From contig JAHQJS010000007.1 of NCBI GenBank assembly GCA_019057385.1, forward strand, positions 619,685-683,684: a DNA stretch of 64,000 nt. The letters run 5' to 3'. Of the stretch, positions 59,862 through 64,000 are shown piece by piece. The notes under the pieces were generated by a model. The model saw nothing but the letters and a program-made list of their open reading frames with translations. It ran no database searches and was not told where the DNA came from. Numbering within the stretch: the first letter of the stretch is position 1; each line of letters opens with the position of its first letter. Made by a program: the position numbers and the translations under genes. This DNA comes from Candidatus Borrarchaeum weybense (GTDB taxonomy: Archaea > Asgardarchaeota > Sifarchaeia > Borrarchaeales > Borrarchaeaceae).

Positions 59862-61445
59862 GTGAACATTAGTTTTATTCCCAATTTTTTACTAAAACCA
59901 CTTCTCAAAATCACACCACTAGGACTTTTTTACCGGATGAGAAAAAATATAACGCGAAGTGAAAAGAACACAAAAAAAATCATCACTTTAGGTATAACTG
60001 ATTTTCTAGTAAAAAGAGGAGAACAAAGAGCACTTTATATTCTTAAAGAGACCGCTAAAAGAGTCCCAGCTTATGAAAATTTCTTGAAAGAAAAAGGTTA
60101 TTCTCAAAACGATATTGAAAACGCTAAGTCGATAAAAGATGCGCCAATTTCCGATAAGGCAAGTTATATTCGTCCTAATGAAAAACATCCTGCAGACCTT
60201 TGTATGGATGGAGAGATGAGCCCCGCAAAAATGATTGAAACCAGTTCTGGTTATTCTGGGAAACACACCTACTGGTTAAGGGATCTAAAAGAGGTGCTTA
60301 GAGAGGAGCGCCAGATTCCCGTTTTATTGTCCATTTTTTATGATGTAAGCGATGACGAAGCATTTGCGATAAATGGTTTTGCTTTAAGTAGTTGGGTTAC
60401 TGGAATTCAAGCTGGGAATGCATCAAGAAGAAAAACAGCAACTATTAATATTGGTCTAAACCCTCCTGAGATTGCTCAGACTATTGCTGATTTTTACAAA
60501 AGATATTCGATTAAATTTACGCCAGGCGGCTTCAAAAAAGCACTAATAATGAGTTATCCTCCCACAATAAAAACCATATTAGATATCCTTGATGAAATGA
60601 AATTCAACGAATGGGATAATATGGAAGAAACAATCTTTGTCTCCGGAGGAGACGGATTTCCTGAATCTTATAGAGAATACATCAAAAATAAAACAGGAGG
60701 AACGCTATTTTCCGCATACGGCTCTGCGGATACAGGCATTCAATTGGGTATTGAAGCCCCTGATTTGATACAGCTTAGAGGCTATCTTGATAAGAATCCT
60801 GAGTTATGTAGACAATTCTTTGGCAAGGACCATCCACCAATGCTATTCTATTACGATCCTACACACGTTTATATTGAAGTAGTGCCAGCGGAAACTGGAA
60901 TAAATGAACTGATTTTAACTCCATTGTACGAGAGGCGGCAACCCCTTATCAGATATAATATACATGATGAAGGTGGTGTTTTTTACAACCCGAAAAGCTC
61001 GAAAAGTGAATTAACTGATTTACTGAATCTCACACAGATAGAGCTTGAATATAGCTTGCCAATCGTTTATGTTTATGGTAGAAGCGATGGATCTATTGCT
61101 GTTTTTAGTGCCTACGTCTATCCTCAACAAATACAAGCAGCTATTTTTAGGAACCTCGCTGAAGAGTTTTGTCAACACTTCCATATCTCAAGTGAATACT
61201 CTGAAAACCAGAAACCACAACTTGTTGTTGACGTTTGCGTTTCATCCAAGCCAAGTTCTGAGCAGATCGACAGTTTACATTCAGATATTTTAAATTCTAA
61301 TGAAGATTTGGGTATTATTTTATCTGAAGGATTAGCAGATCCACCAAAAATAAACTTCTATTCAAAAGATGATTGGCCATGGGAAACTGCAAGAGGTCCT
61401 GGACAAAAAGAAAGGTATTTAGGAGCGCAGAAAAAACAAAAATGA
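59862..61445 (+). CDS. phenylacetate-CoA ligase-like adenylate-forming enzyme
   Basis: VPAY, TSSGYSGK, GGDG, YGSAD, PLIRYNIHDEG, GRSDG. Confidence 0.85.
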   Translation: MNISFIPNFLLKPLLKITPLGLFYRMRKNITRSEKNTKKIITLGITDFLVKRGEQRALYILKETAKRVPAYENFLKEKGYSQNDIENAKSIKDAPISDKASYIRPNEKHPADLCMDGEMSPAKMIETSSGYSGKHTYWLRDLKEVLREERQIPVLLSIFYDVSDDEAFAINGFALSSWVTGIQAGNASRRKTATINIGLNPPEIAQTIADFYKRYSIKFTPGGFKKALIMSYPPTIKTILDILDEMKFNEWDNMEETIFVSGGDGFPESYREYIKNKTGGTLFSAYGSADTGIQLGIEAPDLIQLRGYLDKNPELCRQFFGKDHPPMLFYYDPTHVYIEVVPAETGINELILTPLYERRQPLIRYNIHDEGGVFYNPKSSKSELTDLLNLTQIELEYSLPIVYVYGRSDGSIAVFSAYVYPQQIQAAIFRNLAEEFCQHFHISSEYSENQKPQLVVDVCVSSKPSSEQIDSLHSDILNSNEDLGIILSEGLADPPKINFYSKDDWPWETARGPGQKERYLGAQKKQK

Positions 61446-61596
61446 GAGAAGACTAGGTCATACTATCTAGTTTCAAATCCTTTGAGGTATATTAGGAAAT
61501 CCTCCATATGTGTTAGTTCTTTATATTAAAGAGACTTCGCAATTAATGGTTTATATAGTTGAAAATGCATGTTTAATTTAGAAATAACTGCTGGAG

Positions 61597-62178
61597 GTGA
61601 AAGAACTGAGGAGAATTGCTATGAGTTTAGTGATGATAACTCTGCTTCTTACAATAGTTACCCCAGTATTCGCTGTAGAAAGTCTAACAGATGAGGATTA
61701 CTTTGTAAATGTTAATGCAGATGGCTCAGGATTTCGTATCGAATACGGCAAAGGCAATAATAATAATGAACTAGTCATTTGGAGTTTTTACGAATTTGAT
61801 GATGAAAACGAAGATCACAAGTTTCAAGATAATGAATTAATCGAGGCTACATACAGATTTAGTGGAGACACTTTAGAAAGAAAACAAAGACATGAACCTC
61901 AAACGAATATCGATGAGGAATGGCTTCATTATAGATTTAAATTTGAAGATGGAACAAGAATAGCATTTACAATCTATTTAAGAAGACCAAATCTTGTAGT
62001 CGACATCCAAGTAGTGCAGTACGATAAGAAACAACCATGGAATGATATAACAATCATTTATGAAATAAATGGCAATGGCAAATCTGCAGTGTTTGAGTAT
62101 CAGGCAACAGAACAAACAATCACAACAAAACTCAACCGTAACTTCCTTGATGATTTTATCGATTCGCTACCGTTCTAA
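61597..62178 (+). CDS. secreted hypothetical protein
   Basis: Signal peptide ..LLLTIVTPVFA; acidic, beta-rich mature part. Confidence 0.65.
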   Translation: MKELRRIAMSLVMITLLLTIVTPVFAVESLTDEDYFVNVNADGSGFRIEYGKGNNNNELVIWSFYEFDDENEDHKFQDNELIEATYRFSGDTLERKQRHEPQTNIDEEWLHYRFKFEDGTRIAFTIYLRRPNLVVDIQVVQYDKKQPWNDITIIYEINGNGKSAVFEYQATEQTITTKLNRNFLDDFIDSLPF

Positions 62179-62510
62179 TATTCTGTTATTCATTTCTTTT
62201 TTGATCTTTTTTTATTCAAATTTTTGAATTCCAAGATAATATCGAGAAATTTCAAATAATAAAATCTAATAAAGCAGAGAATTACAGACATATCACATTG
62301 AGTGATTAAAATGTTTCAAACTATTTCTTTTTTTCCTACAGTTGATCCTTCTTTTATTTTTCATATCAAGTTGTCACTCTAAGGAAAATCAAAAAAAGAG
62401 ATAGATAGCAATAGTCCTATCGAATGGCTTTTTTATACTCATACGGTATATATTATATGAAATTTGAATCATAGTGATATAGCGATCAAAACCAATAGAA
62501 GGTGATTTAA

Positions 62511-62870
62511 ATGGAGGATAAAATCCCTCCACAAAAAGTTAGGTTTAATTACAAAAAAGCAGACGATTATCGAATAATCTTTGCGAATGGAGCATATGGA
62601 GGATTTACTCCAAGAAAAGAATTAATGTTTCATTTCTTTCACGAATATAAGGAAACTCCAGAAACAGAGGTAATGGCAATAGGAGAAGACGGTTCACCTA
62701 CACCAATAAGAAAAGATATTCCTGAAGAGATTGAAATGACAAGAGAACTAAAAGTTGGAATTGTTTTAACCATTGAGGAAGCATTTAGTATTGGAAGGTG
62801 GATGTTAGATAAAGTAGAAGAGTTTAAAAAAGCTGCCGAAGATAAATCTTCAGAAATTAAAATAGAATAA
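62511..62870 (+). CDS. DUF3467-like hypothetical protein
   Basis: YRIIFANGAYGG.TP..E..F...RE. Confidence 0.55.
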   Translation: MEDKIPPQKVRFNYKKADDYRIIFANGAYGGFTPRKELMFHFFHEYKETPETEVMAIGEDGSPTPIRKDIPEEIEMTRELKVGIVLTIEEAFSIGRWMLDKVEEFKKAAEDKSSEIKIE

Positions 62871-62889
62871 TACAAAGGAAGGAAGATGA

Positions 62890-63402
62890 TTGTATAAAGC
62901 CTCATCCGATTCACAGATTTTACCTTGGATAGAAGAAAGTGCAAATCCAGATGGTAAAACTCTTATTGGAAAAATTTATTGGACTTCACAAGCTATATCA
63001 CAATCTGAAGAACAACTTTGGACTTTTTTCATGAAAAGTATTTTGGAATTAATGGAACCAGAATTAGAAAAACCACTATTAACTCAGCAATTCCTGAACA
63101 TTCTTATAACTCAAAAGGTCTTAAAAGAACCATTATTTACTAAGGAAATTCTGAACGTAATAGTAGCTCAAAGTGCTTCTAAAAAGGATATCGAAGAATT
63201 TGATAAGGCATTTGAGTTATATAAACAAGAAAGGATTTCTTTAGGTAAAGCCGCAGAACTATGTGGTTTATATTATGACGAAATGCTTGCAGAGATAAAA
63301 AAAAGAGAATTAAACTTCTTTTTTGGTCCGAGAACTTTGGAAGAGGCAAAGAAAGGTGAAGAAGTTATTGATAAATACATGAGAAAGCGCAAAGAGGGAT
63401 AA
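62890..63402 (+). CDS. UPF0175 family HTH antitoxin with N-terminal extension
   Basis: LYKQERISLGKAAELCGL. Confidence 0.75.
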   Translation: MYKASSDSQILPWIEESANPDGKTLIGKIYWTSQAISQSEEQLWTFFMKSILELMEPELEKPLLTQQFLNILITQKVLKEPLFTKEILNVIVAQSASKKDIEEFDKAFELYKQERISLGKAAELCGLYYDEMLAEIKKRELNFFFGPRTLEEAKKGEEVIDKYMRKRKEG

Positions 63403-63860
63403 TTATTATTGTCTTAAATAATTCCTCTTTATCAGCAGCCAAGAAAATAGATGCTTTTGATATCTTGTATAAGTCATTTGAAAAGATTGTTATACCAAAT
63501 GGTGTCTTGAGAGAGTTTTCAAGAAAGTTTACTGAAGTGCCAGACTTCATTGAAGTAATTGAATTGGACAATGATCAAAAAGAACGAGCAAACATTCTGG
63601 GACTCGGCCTTGGAGAAAACGAAGGAATAATTCTAGCAAAAGATTTCGGTGTTCCTTTTGTTACCGATGACGGCGCAGTTAGAAATTTATGTGAAGAAAC
63701 TAACGTTGAATACTTTGGAATATTTGAACTTGTTCGAAAAGCATATATAAATTGTGTAATTTCAAGAGAACGACTTGAGAGTATAGTGAAGAAGTTACAA
63801 AATAATCTGTATTGCAAGCAATGGCTTATTGACTATGTTTTGAGTGCTGAAAAGCAATAA
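63399..63860 (+). CDS. PIN domain (DUF3368-like) toxin
   Basis: IVLNNSSL first strand upstream of the called TTG (63465); IP..V..E, LGLGENEGI, TDD. Confidence 0.8.
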   Translation: MIIIVLNNSSLSAAKKIDAFDILYKSFEKIVIPNGVLREFSRKFTEVPDFIEVIELDNDQKERANILGLGLGENEGIILAKDFGVPFVTDDGAVRNLCEETNVEYFGIFELVRKAYINCVISRERLESIVKKLQNNLYCKQWLIDYVLSAEKQ

Positions 63861-64000
63861 ATCTCAACAATATGTTTAGTAGTTTTTCTTTATCTATCAT
63901 AGGTTTCTATATATTTATTTCGATGTAAAATCAAAAAGCAGTACTATAAAAAAGAAATTTAATTCTAAACTTTGAACACCAATAAAATATAATTATTTCT

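Noticed and set aside
517-63817. Many short ORFs antisense to or nested in longer genes (e.g. 517-861, 1859-2161, 28939-29409, 51354-51935)
   Set aside because: Shadow frames of well-supported genes, with no motifs.

Overview
Low-GC archaeal chromosome segment, most likely from an Asgard archaeon (inference from Asgard-style histones, a proteasome alpha subunit, BRE/TATA promoters, an AN1 zinc finger fusion and TPR expansions). Positions 1-14.2 kb form a defence-like island: a partial Mrr-type nuclease, a wHTH plus ATPase-nuclease pair, a UDG-fold protein, an ApeA-like HEPN protein and a CARF-HTH regulator. The regulator is divergent from an un-annotated 41-aa peptide gene and a glycosyltransferase / radical SAM / WG-repeat methyltransferase operon. 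A second HEPN-like protein and a bacterial-type RNase III follow. Positions 18.7-26.2 kb hold two vitamin operons, each facing an unusual candidate one-component regulator: pdxST faces a threonine-synthase fold that lacks the PLP lysine and is fused to PadR, and nadXAC faces a wHTH fused to an SsuA/THI5-like binding domain. OMEGA-type mobile elements are common: an intact IscB with its omegaRNA, a TnpB with a rearranged RuvC inserted into the ribosome-binding site of a csp paralog, a truncated TnpB, a stand-alone omegaRNA element and palindromic mini-elements. The window also holds three tandem histone genes with conserved leaders, a TPR/vWA/zinc-ribbon cluster, a tyrosine recombinase with tandem N-terminal repeats, housekeeping genes and toxin-antitoxin-like pairs. 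I found no tRNA, rRNA or CRISPR array. All family calls come from motif recognition by eye; no database searches were run.
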